Shown: positions 1 to 7,579 of the stretch, piece by piece | Position numbering within the stretch: position 1 is the stretch's first letter | How the letters are laid out: every line of letters begins with the position of its first letter | IMG/VR virus record: IMGVR_UViG_3300029607_000014 | Reading direction: 5' to 3' (one strand) | DNA: 45,069 nt | From: a virus | Translations under genes and position numbers: made by a program | Notes under the pieces: model-generated | Told to the model about the DNA's origin: nothing | Databases searched by the model: none | Seen by the model: only the letters and a program-made list of their open reading frames with translations

Positions 1-99
1 AAAAGGTAATTATAGGAAAAATTAAATACTTATGTTACACGTTACACATTCAAGGGGGAAGAAATGGCAAGCGTAAGAAAAGATGATATTCCAATGATG
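1..99. repeat. Terminal overlap copy 1 (identical to 44971..45069); contig closes into a 44,970-bp circle
   Basis: nt 1-99 (aaaaggtaattatagg...ttccaatgatg) recur verbatim as the last 99 nt; repeat ends inside ORF 64..309. Confidence 0.95.
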
Positions 100-309
100 G
101 CAATGTTTATGCCTAAATTATGGGAATTAATAAAAGAGTTTTACCTGGTTGAGCTCACAGATGAATATTCAAAAGCAGCTTATGACCGCTGTATGGAATT
201 GATAGAAATATATTCAGATCCATTAGCAAAAGAATTTGTTTTAGCATTTTGCAAATTTATTGATTCCAAACAAAAGGAGTTGAGAAAGAATGTACAGCAC
301 GAAGAATAG
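64..309 (+). CDS. hypothetical early protein (81 aa)
   Basis: ATG preceded by AGGGGGAAG RBS; first gene after iteron/AT-rich region. Confidence 0.6.
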   Translation: MASVRKDDIPMMAMFMPKLWELIKEFYLVELTDEYSKAAYDRCMELIEIYSDPLAKEFVLAFCKFIDSKQKELRKNVQHEE

Positions 310-547
310 ATATGAACAGGGACAGGCTCTTAGAAGAGAAATCTACATGTATGTAGTAAGCTACTTTAAACTTGTTGGATATGCACCATCGGTCAGCGAG
401 ATTTGTGAGAAGGTAGACGCAAGCAGAGCTACCATCTGGAGACATTTAAACCAGCTTATTGATGATGGGTTGCTTAAAACAGCACACCCCAGTACTGATA
501 GAGCCTATGCTCCGACAGGATACGGGTTCGGAAAGGTGAAGAAATGA
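290..547 (+). CDS. LexA-N-terminal-like winged-HTH DNA-binding protein (85 aa)
   Basis: GYAPSVSEICEKVDASRATIWRHLNQLIDDGLL resembles LexA/MarR-type wHTH; AAGGAG upstream. Confidence 0.6.
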   Translation: MYSTKNRYEQGQALRREIYMYVVSYFKLVGYAPSVSEICEKVDASRATIWRHLNQLIDDGLLKTAHPSTDRAYAPTGYGFGKVKK

Positions 548-939
548 ACAAAATGCGTGAATATGAACGTGGCAGGGAAGATGGTCTTGACCTTGCTAGA
601 CGAATCACCAGAGAGGGCGGTCTTGAAGCCCTCGAAAAGGAATGCAGATTCAGGGGAGTAACAGGAATACATACTTCCCTGGCAAGAAAGGACCTGGACA
701 AAGCATCTGAGAAGATCAAACAGATTGTATCTGAATGCTGCGTGATCATGGCAATAGCTGTCCTGCATGATGAATTTGGATTCGGTCAGAAAAGATGCCA
801 GAAGTTCATGGCAGGCATGGACAAAGCTTCGGACTATATCGACCAGGGCTTGGCTGAATGGATTGATTATGTGCAGGCTATCAAGGAAGAACTGGGAATT
901 GAATTAAGCTTTTCAGGAGAAATAAAAAGACATGATTGA
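544..939 (+). CDS. hypothetical protein (131 aa)
   Basis: ATGA start/stop coupling with upstream ORF; same-strand operon. Confidence 0.6.
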   Translation: MNKMREYERGREDGLDLARRITREGGLEALEKECRFRGVTGIHTSLARKDLDKASEKIKQIVSECCVIMAIAVLHDEFGFGQKRCQKFMAGMDKASDYIDQGLAEWIDYVQAIKEELGIELSFSGEIKRHD

Positions 940-2308
940 TAATCTGATTATAGACGCATTTGCAGGCGGCGGTGGAGCATCAGTTGGAATTGAGATGGCT
1001 CTTGGAAGACCAGTAGACATAGCGATTAACCATGATCCTGACGCTATCCTGATGCACAAGACGAATCATCCCGGAACGCTGCATCTGACAGAAGATATTT
1101 TCAAAGTAGACTTGCAGAAATATGTTGGGAACCAGCACGTAGCGTTGATGTGGGCTTCGCCAGATTGTACGAGCCATTCAAAAGCGAAAGGCGGTCAGCC
1201 GAGAAAGCAGGGACTTCGTATTCTTCCGTGGGCTGTATATAAGCACGCAAAGGCGATTCTCCCAGATGTAATCATTATGGAGAATGTAGAAGAAATTCAG
1301 CAATGGGGACCATTGGACGAGGAAGGACATCCTATCAAGGAAAGAGCCGGTGAAGATTATCGAAAATTTATTTCAGCAATGGTAAATATTGGATATGAAT
1401 TTGATAGCCGGGAACTCGTAGCTGCGGATTATGGAGCACCGACTACAAGAAAGCGTTGGTATGCGGTGTTTCGTAGGGATGGAAAGCAGATAGTATGGCC
1501 AAAGCCTACGCATAATCGCTTGGGGACAGACGGTCTGAAGCCATACGAACAGTGTGGAGATTACATTGATTGGTCAGACTTAGGTAAAAGTATATTTGAC
1601 CGTCCGAAACCATTAGCAGAAGCAACACAGAAGCGCATTGCAAATGGAATCAAGAAATATATCGTTGATAATCCAGATCCGTATATTGTACGGAATAAAG
1701 ATGCACTGGCATTTATCATTCAGTATCATGGAGAAACCAGACAAGGAGATTCCAGAGGACAATTGCTAACTGAACCGATAAAAACCATTGATACCTCGAA
1801 CAGATACGGACTTGTGACAGCTTTTATCACGAAATATTACAAGACCGGAATCGGTCAAGGATGTGATGAGCCATTGCATACGATAACAACTTCGCCCGGC
1901 CACTTCGGTGTGATATCCGCTTTTCTGGTCAAATATTATGGGACAGGATGCGGACAGGTGCTTAATGAGCCACTTGGAACCATTACCACAAAAGATAGGT
2001 TCGGACTGGTAAATGTTCTGGTTGATATTCACGGGGAGAAATACATCATATCAGATATTTTTCTCAGAATGCTAAAGCCGGAAGAATTAAAGGTGATGCA
2101 GGGATTTCCAAAAGATTACATTATTGATCGGGATTACAAATGGAGAAATTACCCGATTGCAAAACAAGTAGCAAGAATCGGAAACAGCGTTGTGCCAGTT
2201 ATGGCAGAAGCACTTGTGAAAGCTAATTGCCCGTATCTGAAAGTCGGAGAGCGAAAAGCTGCACCGATGATTTATATGCAGAATAACGGACAGGTAGCAT
2301 TTGGCTAA
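932..2308 (+). CDS. DNA (cytosine-5)-methyltransferase, orphan
   Basis: C5-MTase motifs in order: DAFAGGGG (I), ASPDCTSHS (IV, catalytic Cys), ENV (VI), TTRKRWY (VIII), GNSVVP (X); large variable region with 3 tandem repeats. Confidence 0.9.
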   Translation: MIDNLIIDAFAGGGGASVGIEMALGRPVDIAINHDPDAILMHKTNHPGTLHLTEDIFKVDLQKYVGNQHVALMWASPDCTSHSKAKGGQPRKQGLRILPWAVYKHAKAILPDVIIMENVEEIQQWGPLDEEGHPIKERAGEDYRKFISAMVNIGYEFDSRELVAADYGAPTTRKRWYAVFRRDGKQIVWPKPTHNRLGTDGLKPYEQCGDYIDWSDLGKSIFDRPKPLAEATQKRIANGIKKYIVDNPDPYIVRNKDALAFIIQYHGETRQGDSRGQLLTEPIKTIDTSNRYGLVTAFITKYYKTGIGQGCDEPLHTITTSPGHFGVISAFLVKYYGTGCGQVLNEPLGTITTKDRFGLVNVLVDIHGEKYIISDIFLRMLKPEELKVMQGFPKDYIIDRDYKWRNYPIAKQVARIGNSVVPVMAEALVKANCPYLKVGERKAAPMIYMQNNGQVAFG

Positions 2309-2327
2309 ATGAAAGTGAGGATGAGAA

Positions 2328-2723
2328 ATGAAAATTATGTTAAAAGAAATCAGCAGAGACGATTTAAAGGTAGGAGATACCGTTGGAATTGCCAGGGAAG
2401 TAAGATGTGGGTGGGGAACCAGCTTCCGACACAGACGTATTTATCCGGCGACGATTGTAAAAATCACCACAAAGAGAACCAAAATCGAGACAGACCAGTT
2501 CGGAGAACATGATAAATACGAAATATTCTACGAATATGACAATAACGCCAAGAAAGAAACAGAGTTGGCAGAGAAGTTCGTGAAGATAAAAAATGCAATA
2601 TATAAACTTGACCAGTTCAGGAACGTACCTGGACTGAGACATCTTAGAGATGAAGACATTCTCGAAATGGCGGATTACGCAGAAAAAATAATGGAAATTT
2701 TAGACAGTTACAGAAATGAATAA
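2328..2723 (+). CDS. hypothetical protein (131 aa)
   Basis: GAGGATGAG RBS; followed by hairpin cctcgg-taaa-ccgagg (2729..2744). Confidence 0.6.
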   Translation: MKIMLKEISRDDLKVGDTVGIAREVRCGWGTSFRHRRIYPATIVKITTKRTKIETDQFGEHDKYEIFYEYDNNAKKETELAEKFVKIKNAIYKLDQFRNVPGLRHLRDEDILEMADYAEKIMEILDSYRNE

Positions 2724-2850
2724 CGAATCCTCGGTAAACCGAGGTTGTATCAAAATTAGAATGGTGAATTGATACATAAATAAATACAGAAATCATGGAG
2801 GACTGCACAATAGCGTGCCAGTTGCTTACATGGGGAAAGTGAGGATGGAA

Positions 2851-3078
2851 ATGGGAAAATTAAAACCTTGTCCGTTTTGCGGAAAAGAGATAGATACAGA
2901 GAAAAATGTATACATTCCAGACAGAGACTGGGCACCGTCTTTTTACGATCCTGACAGCGGGGGAAATCCAATAGCCATTCACTGTGAATGCGGATTAACA
3001 TTTTGCACAGACACATGGGATTGGAAGGAAGCTGTTGAAATATGGAATAAAAGAGTAAACAAGGAGGACGCAAAATGA
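2851..3078 (+). CDS. Lar-family restriction-alleviation-like small Zn-ribbon protein
   Basis: MGKLKPCPFCG...IHCECG...EAVEIWNKR matches the Lar-family pattern (N-terminal KPCPFCG, C-terminal WNxR); start moved to ATG 6 nt after GTGAGG. Confidence 0.6.
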   Translation: MGKLKPCPFCGKEIDTEKNVYIPDRDWAPSFYDPDSGGNPIAIHCECGLTFCTDTWDWKEAVEIWNKRVNKEDAK

Positions 3079-3359
3079 AATTCAAAAGTAATGCAAAATA
3101 CAACAAAGAACTTAAAACCGGAAGTATTTTCTCTTTAAAAAGCAATTCTCTGGGAATCGTTATTCACAAATATGTTGGTTGTGGAGATTCGCTGTTTCTT
3201 AGTAGCAGCACACTGAACATTGACAACTACGATCTTGAAACAGAAGATTTTGACGAAGCTGTCAGTAAAGCGAAAGAAATTATCATGAGTAAAGTTAAGA
3301 AAATCAGAGAGGATGCTTACAAATTCTATTCAGACAACAATATTGAATTTGACAGATAA
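3075..3359 (+). CDS. hypothetical protein (94 aa)
   Basis: AAGGAGG RBS, ATGA coupling with upstream stop. Confidence 0.6.
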   Translation: MKFKSNAKYNKELKTGSIFSLKSNSLGIVIHKYVGCGDSLFLSSSTLNIDNYDLETEDFDEAVSKAKEIIMSKVKKIREDAYKFYSDNNIEFDR

Positions 3360-3373
3360 GAGGAGGACAAAAA

Positions 3374-3541
3374 ATGAGCTACTGTGACGGAACTTGTAAG
3401 TATCTGAATGCAAGAAAACACAAATGCGAATTGACAGGAGAAAAACTCGCATACATGAAATACAGTAATGCTGTAATTAAGTGTTCAGTGCATGAACACA
3501 GGGGATTCTGTGAGAAAGACAAGGAGGACGCAAAATGTTAA
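3374..3541 (+). CDS. small Cys-rich hypothetical protein (55 aa; below ORF-track cutoff)
   Basis: AGGAGGA RBS at 3361; MSYCDGTCKYLNARKHKCELTG...CSVHEHRGFCEK; stop overlaps next start. Confidence 0.55.
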   Translation: MSYCDGTCKYLNARKHKCELTGEKLAYMKYSNAVIKCSVHEHRGFCEKDKEDAKC

Positions 3542-3834
3542 TCAGAAGTCAGAATAGAGAAGTATTGATTGATCTCAATTCTATGGCAGGCACTGAAATT
3601 GCGGAAGGACCTATAAAAACAATTATAACATCATACATAACCGGATGTAGTTATCTGCTAGGAGAATATTCGGATAAAGCAAAAGCCATGAAAGTACTGG
3701 ATATGATTCAGGAAGCTTATAGTGAATATCAAATCATGTTGAATTTCAGTGTAAGTTATCTTCACGAATTTAAAGAAAAAACAGATGGATTTGCTATCTT
3801 TCAGATGCCAGAAGATTCGGAGGTGGAAGAATGA
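3535..3834 (+). CDS. hypothetical protein (99 aa)
   Basis: Same 19-nt RBS/start string as gene at 3075. Confidence 0.6.
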   Translation: MLIRSQNREVLIDLNSMAGTEIAEGPIKTIITSYITGCSYLLGEYSDKAKAMKVLDMIQEAYSEYQIMLNFSVSYLHEFKEKTDGFAIFQMPEDSEVEE

Positions 3835-4124
3835 AATACAGAAAGAAGCCGGTCGTAATTGATGCAGTACAGTGGACTGGTACAAATCATCGAGAAATGT
3901 TCGATTTTCTGACGGACTATCAGTGTACAGACCAGTACATGTCGGCAGAAGGTAAGAATTTCTATATTGACCATTGGAAGGTTCTGGGTGGATTGGTTAT
4001 TAAGACACTAGAGGGCGAACATCTGGCGAATATTGGTGATTATATCATCCGCGGTGTACACGGTGAATTTTATCCGTGTAAGCCAGATATATTCAAGGAA
4101 ACCTATGAGGAGGTGGAAGCATGA
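3831..4124 (+). CDS. conserved phage hypothetical protein (97 aa)
   Basis: KKPVVIDAVQW...GDYIIRGVHGEFYPCKPDIFKETYEEV, a pattern common in phage early regions; ATGA coupling. Confidence 0.65.
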   Translation: MKYRKKPVVIDAVQWTGTNHREMFDFLTDYQCTDQYMSAEGKNFYIDHWKVLGGLVIKTLEGEHLANIGDYIIRGVHGEFYPCKPDIFKETYEEVEA

Positions 4125-4222
4125 TTACATTCTTATTAGGATTCACCATTGGAACCATATTTGGAATGGTTGGTCTTGCATGTGTGGCGATCATGTACGA
4201 TAAGCACCACCCAGACGATTAG
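4121..4222 (+). CDS. 33-aa single-pass membrane peptide (not in ORF track)
   Basis: ATGA coupling to upstream stop; MITFLLGFTIGTIFGMVGLACVAIMYDKHHPDD. Confidence 0.45.
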   Translation: MITFLLGFTIGTIFGMVGLACVAIMYDKHHPDD

Positions 4223-4235
4223 AAAGGAGAACGGT

Positions 4236-4577
4236 ATGCTGACAAGGAATAAAAAGCTGAAAGACTACGGTATTCCGGCAGAGGACATTGAAAAATTAAA
4301 TACGATACTAAAAGACTTTCCAGCAAAGTACGGATACCTGCTTTCCAGTGCTGCCTTGTCAGCTTGCCCGAAGAACACGGTGATAGCGGATATGGTTATC
4401 GAGAATATCCTACACCGGAAAAGTTACAGGAAAATCAGCAAAGAAAGATATATCCCGATGAATCCGAAAGACTTCTACGGATACAGACGCAAGACCGTCG
4501 CTGTACTGTATGAGAGAATGCGGTTGTTGGGAGTGTGGGGAGGAATAAGAGGGCAAAATGGAAAAAAGTTTGTTTAG
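4236..4577 (+). CDS. small sigma-region-4/ArpU-RinA-like putative transcription activator, paralog of 7160..7456
   Basis: GAAAGGAG RBS before ATG 4236; shares LxDYG(I/V)PxxDI...IPxxxxDFYGY(R/K)R with 7160..7456. Confidence 0.55.
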   Translation: MLTRNKKLKDYGIPAEDIEKLNTILKDFPAKYGYLLSSAALSACPKNTVIADMVIENILHRKSYRKISKERYIPMNPKDFYGYRRKTVAVLYERMRLLGVWGGIRGQNGKKFV

Positions 4578-4989
4578 CAGCAATTCCGATCAATGGGCTA
4601 CACCTAAATATATTTTCGATGAATTAAACAAAGAGTTTGATTTCACACTAGACCCATGTGCGGACGCAAAAAACCATAAATGCGAGAAATTTTTTACTAA
4701 AAATGAAAATGGTCTTATACAGGATTGGGGAGGAATGCGAGTATTTTGCAACCCACCCTACGGAAGAGAAATATATCAATGGGTTGAAAAAAGCTATCAG
4801 GAAGGACATAAAGAGAATACGCTCGTTGTTTTACTAGTTCCGGCAAGGACAGACACGAAGTGGTTTCAAGATTTTGTATATCACAGATCTGAGATTAGAT
4901 TTTTAAGAGGAAGGTTAAAATTCGGAGACAGTAAGAATAGCGCACCGTTTCCGTCAATGATAGTAATTTTTAGAGGACCTAAAATGTAA
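4558..4989 (+). CDS. phage-type DNA N6-adenine methyltransferase, orphan
   Basis: QWATPKYIFDEL..DPCA...VFCNPPYG (NPPY catalytic motif) ...LVPARTDTKWF. Confidence 0.85.
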   Translation: MEKSLFSSNSDQWATPKYIFDELNKEFDFTLDPCADAKNHKCEKFFTKNENGLIQDWGGMRVFCNPPYGREIYQWVEKSYQEGHKENTLVVLLVPARTDTKWFQDFVYHRSEIRFLRGRLKFGDSKNSAPFPSMIVIFRGPKM

Positions 4990-5006
4990 GCACAGGGAGG
5001 AATCAG

Positions 5007-5270
5007 ATGAGTAGACTGATAGATGCAGATAAGTTGAAACATGTAATACATTGTGCATATTCTGATGATTTAGAGATTCTTGAAAAGATTGACGAACAGC
5101 CGACAGTTTTTGATGTAGATAAGGTTGTGGAGCGGTTAGAAGAAGAAAAGAAGAGAACATTTAAACTATGTTTGGGAACTAATGACAGCACGCAAAGGCT
5201 GAAATACATTGAAAAAGAACAGACGATAGCTTTAGCAATCGAAATTGTAAAAGGTGGTGGAGTTGAATGA
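5007..5270 (+). CDS. hypothetical protein (87 aa)
   Basis: GGGAGGA RBS. Confidence 0.6.
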   Translation: MSRLIDADKLKHVIHCAYSDDLEILEKIDEQPTVFDVDKVVERLEEEKKRTFKLCLGTNDSTQRLKYIEKEQTIALAIEIVKGGGVE

Positions 5271-5746
5271 GAGAAATTCTTTTCAAGGCAAAGCGGATTG
5301 ATAATGGTGAATGGATTGAGGGAAGTCTCATAGATTTAGATATTGACAGCGGATATTGTTATATTGTTCCGCCGTATAAAAAAGCAAGTATATTGCCAAT
5401 CAACTTTTTGATAACAGGCAGAATGGAATTGGTTGCTTCAGAAACCATCTGCCAGTTCACGGGACTTTACGACAAGAACGGTAAAAGAATCTGGGAGAAT
5501 GATATTATCAAATATCATTTCGGAGAAATCTGTGCTCCAATCAAATATGGATGCTATCAAAATTGTTTTGATTCTCAGAAAACAGAACATGTCGGATTCT
5601 ATGTAGATTGGTCGGATGACAAATGCCTTAGAAAAGATTTAGGGTTTTGGATTAACATGGTAGGCACTATGCAAGTTGGAAACATTTTCGACAATCCAGA
5701 GTTATTACAGGAGGAATCAAATGAGAAAATCAGTATTAGTGATTGA
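5267..5746 (+). CDS. YopX-family protein
   Basis: MREILFKAKRIDNGEWIEG...QFTGLYDKNGKRIWENDII...VGNIFDNPELL is the classic YopX pattern. Confidence 0.85.
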   Translation: MREILFKAKRIDNGEWIEGSLIDLDIDSGYCYIVPPYKKASILPINFLITGRMELVASETICQFTGLYDKNGKRIWENDIIKYHFGEICAPIKYGCYQNCFDSQKTEHVGFYVDWSDDKCLRKDLGFWINMVGTMQVGNIFDNPELLQEESNEKISISD

Positions 5747-5972
5747 CACACCAGAGAATTGCGGAAAATGTAAATTTATAAGCGGATTTTGGTGCAGAGC
5801 GATGGGTGACAGAAGAGTTCCAAACAATGATGCAATCTCCGGATGGTGTCCATTGAAGCCATTGCCGGAGGAGAAAAAAGAGGAATATTGGAGAAGTAAA
5901 CTTAGTCTTGCATGGATTCGAGGTTGGAACACTTGTATTAGCAAAATTAAAGGAGGAAACACAGATGATTGA
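5721..5972 (+). CDS. small Cys-rich hypothetical protein (83 aa)
   Basis: AGGAGGA RBS before ATG 5721; CGKCKF...WC...WCP. Confidence 0.55.
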   Translation: MRKSVLVIDTPENCGKCKFISGFWCRAMGDRRVPNNDAISGWCPLKPLPEEKKEEYWRSKLSLAWIRGWNTCISKIKGGNTDD

Positions 5973-6516
5973 TTTAAGAAATACATATATCTTGGTTAAG
6001 ACAGAAGAAGAAAATGAAATGCTTCTCAAAGAAGCTGAGAAGCAGGAATTTCATTGGTATTCGAAAGGCAATTGTAAACCATTACCAGGACAACATTTTC
6101 CAGATATTTTAAAATTTTGTAATAACAAAGATGTGGTGCACAGCGTACGTATCGGAGTAGAGTATGATGCTTTCTACGAAGCTTCAGAACTCCTCGGGAC
6201 AAAAGAAATGACGGCAAGAGAGTTTGCTAATCGTATTGCAGATATAAGCAATTGCAACGGAGATTGTTCAGAATGCGTATTGTACTTCACGAACACTAAG
6301 TGTAACTGTAGTTTGTGTAATGTCTGCAACTGGAAAGATGACATTGATGAACTTCTTGAAATTGCGAAAGCAGGAAAAGCGACAGTTCTTACGCCTAAAG
6401 AGAAAGCAATTGAAGATATTGAAAAATTTATCGAGGATCCAGATCGTACAGCGTTGAATGATGAATTTGTAGAGTCATTGAAGCTGGCAGTCGAGAAACT
6501 GAAAGAGGTGAAGTAA
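5965..6516 (+). CDS. hypothetical Cys-rich protein (183 aa)
   Basis: AAAGGAGGA RBS before ATG 5965; CNGDCSECVLYFTNTKCNCSLCNVC cluster. Confidence 0.6.
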   Translation: MIDLRNTYILVKTEEENEMLLKEAEKQEFHWYSKGNCKPLPGQHFPDILKFCNNKDVVHSVRIGVEYDAFYEASELLGTKEMTAREFANRIADISNCNGDCSECVLYFTNTKCNCSLCNVCNWKDDIDELLEIAKAGKATVLTPKEKAIEDIEKFIEDPDRTALNDEFVESLKLAVEKLKEVK

Positions 6517-6951
6517 ATGGATAGATGGACTGAAAGATTTACTAGTGATGGCGAAAAAGCTATTGCAATACATGACGGAAGTGATTTTCCGAATGTTTGT
6601 TTCGAGGGAGAAAGAGAATATGATGTAATGGATGCGCTTGCCGAATACGAAGACTTAGAAGAACAGGGCTTGCTTGTGAGATTACCGTGTAAGGTTGGAG
6701 ACACGGTTTGGGTGGTAACATCGCCAATTAATGTGTTTGGTTATGATGAATATGATGGAGATGCGGAATATGAAGTATATGAATCTTTTTTATCAAGCGT
6801 ATCTTATTATGCGTCTGGAGAACAATTCAGAATTTACGCAAAAGTAACGAATAGTTTTATTGTGGCATACTTTAGAGAATGTGATTTTGGTGAATCATTA
6901 TTTCTCACCCGTGAAGAAGCTGAAAAGAAGTTGGAGGAACTCAAAAAATGA
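6517..6951 (+). CDS. hypothetical protein (144 aa)
   Basis: Abuts upstream stop; RBS GAAAGAGGTG. Confidence 0.6.
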   Translation: MDRWTERFTSDGEKAIAIHDGSDFPNVCFEGEREYDVMDALAEYEDLEEQGLLVRLPCKVGDTVWVVTSPINVFGYDEYDGDAEYEVYESFLSSVSYYASGEQFRIYAKVTNSFIVAYFRECDFGESLFLTREEAEKKLEELKK

Positions 6952-7163
6952 AATTTAAAGAATTCACAAATTGGTGTAATGAAAGAGCCTGTGATGGATG
7001 TTGGGGAATGCTGGAAGCAATGGCGTGTATTAATTTAATGGATGAGATTAGAAAAACTCCATTTTGGAAAGGAGAAAAATTCTGGAAAGAAAATTATGAA
7101 CATCAGGTATTGGAAGAGATTATTAATCCGATAGAGAAGAAGTTGGAGAAGATGATTAAATGA
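6948..7163 (+). CDS. hypothetical protein (71 aa)
   Basis: ATGA coupling, GGAGGA RBS. Confidence 0.55.
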   Translation: MKFKEFTNWCNERACDGCWGMLEAMACINLMDEIRKTPFWKGEKFWKENYEHQVLEEIINPIEKKLEKMIK

Positions 7164-7456
7164 ATCTTAGAAAAGCTACACTAACCGACTATGGAGTGCC
7201 GCCGGATGATATACCGGCGCTTCAAAGTCATTTCAGACACCTTGACGAGAATGACAAGTACAATCTTCTGCAAGTGTCAATCAAATATGCGCCAGGCATA
7301 GAAACGCAGATATACGACAGCATAGTGAACTGCATAGGATACCGGACAATGGAACGATTCCGGGATATTCCAGTATCCGAAAATGATTTCTACGGATACA
7401 AGCGCAGGATCATGGCAGAATATTATCACTTGGCAAAATTGACCGGAAGATTATAA
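7160..7456 (+). CDS. small sigma-region-4/ArpU-RinA-like putative late-gene activator (paralog of 4236..4577)
   Basis: Last gene before the late-promoter motif and terminase, the position RinA/ArpU-type activators occupy; DFYGYKRR motif. Confidence 0.55.
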   Translation: MNLRKATLTDYGVPPDDIPALQSHFRHLDENDKYNLLQVSIKYAPGIETQIYDSIVNCIGYRTMERFRDIPVSENDFYGYKRRIMAEYYHLAKLTGRL

Positions 7457-7471
7457 AATTGATAAAAAACT

Positions 7472-7512
7472 AAAAGTGGTGTAGAGGTACATAACCCCTA
7501 GTGTGGTATTAT
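7472..7512 (+). promoter_or_regulatory. late promoter P-late1: AAAAGTGGTGTAGAGGTA-N17-TATTAT (TGg extended -10)
   Basis: Near-identical motif at 15818..15858 and degenerate copy at 31444..31482, each at a fixed 16-17 nt from a -10 box. Confidence 0.6.
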
Positions 7513-7579
7513 AGTATATATAACTATAACTATGCTAGGGTGTTTTAATTCAGAAAGGATATGATTGGATGTTGATAGG

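Noticed and set aside
1-99. The terminal repeat interpreted as a biological long terminal repeat or transposon end.
   Set aside because: The copies are direct rather than inverted, exactly 99 nt, and end inside a coding sequence. This pattern fits assembly circularisation.
4149-4235. The N-terminal 29 aa of track ORF 4149..4577.
   Set aside because: GAAAGGAG sits in front of the internal ATG at 4236. The upstream stretch is better explained by the ATGA-coupled 33-aa membrane ORF in another frame.
6174-6704. 176-aa Ser-rich minus-strand ORF.
   Set aside because: It is antisense to two tightly coupled + strand genes. Its Ser/Phe-rich composition is typical of the reverse frame of GAA/AAA-rich coding sequence.
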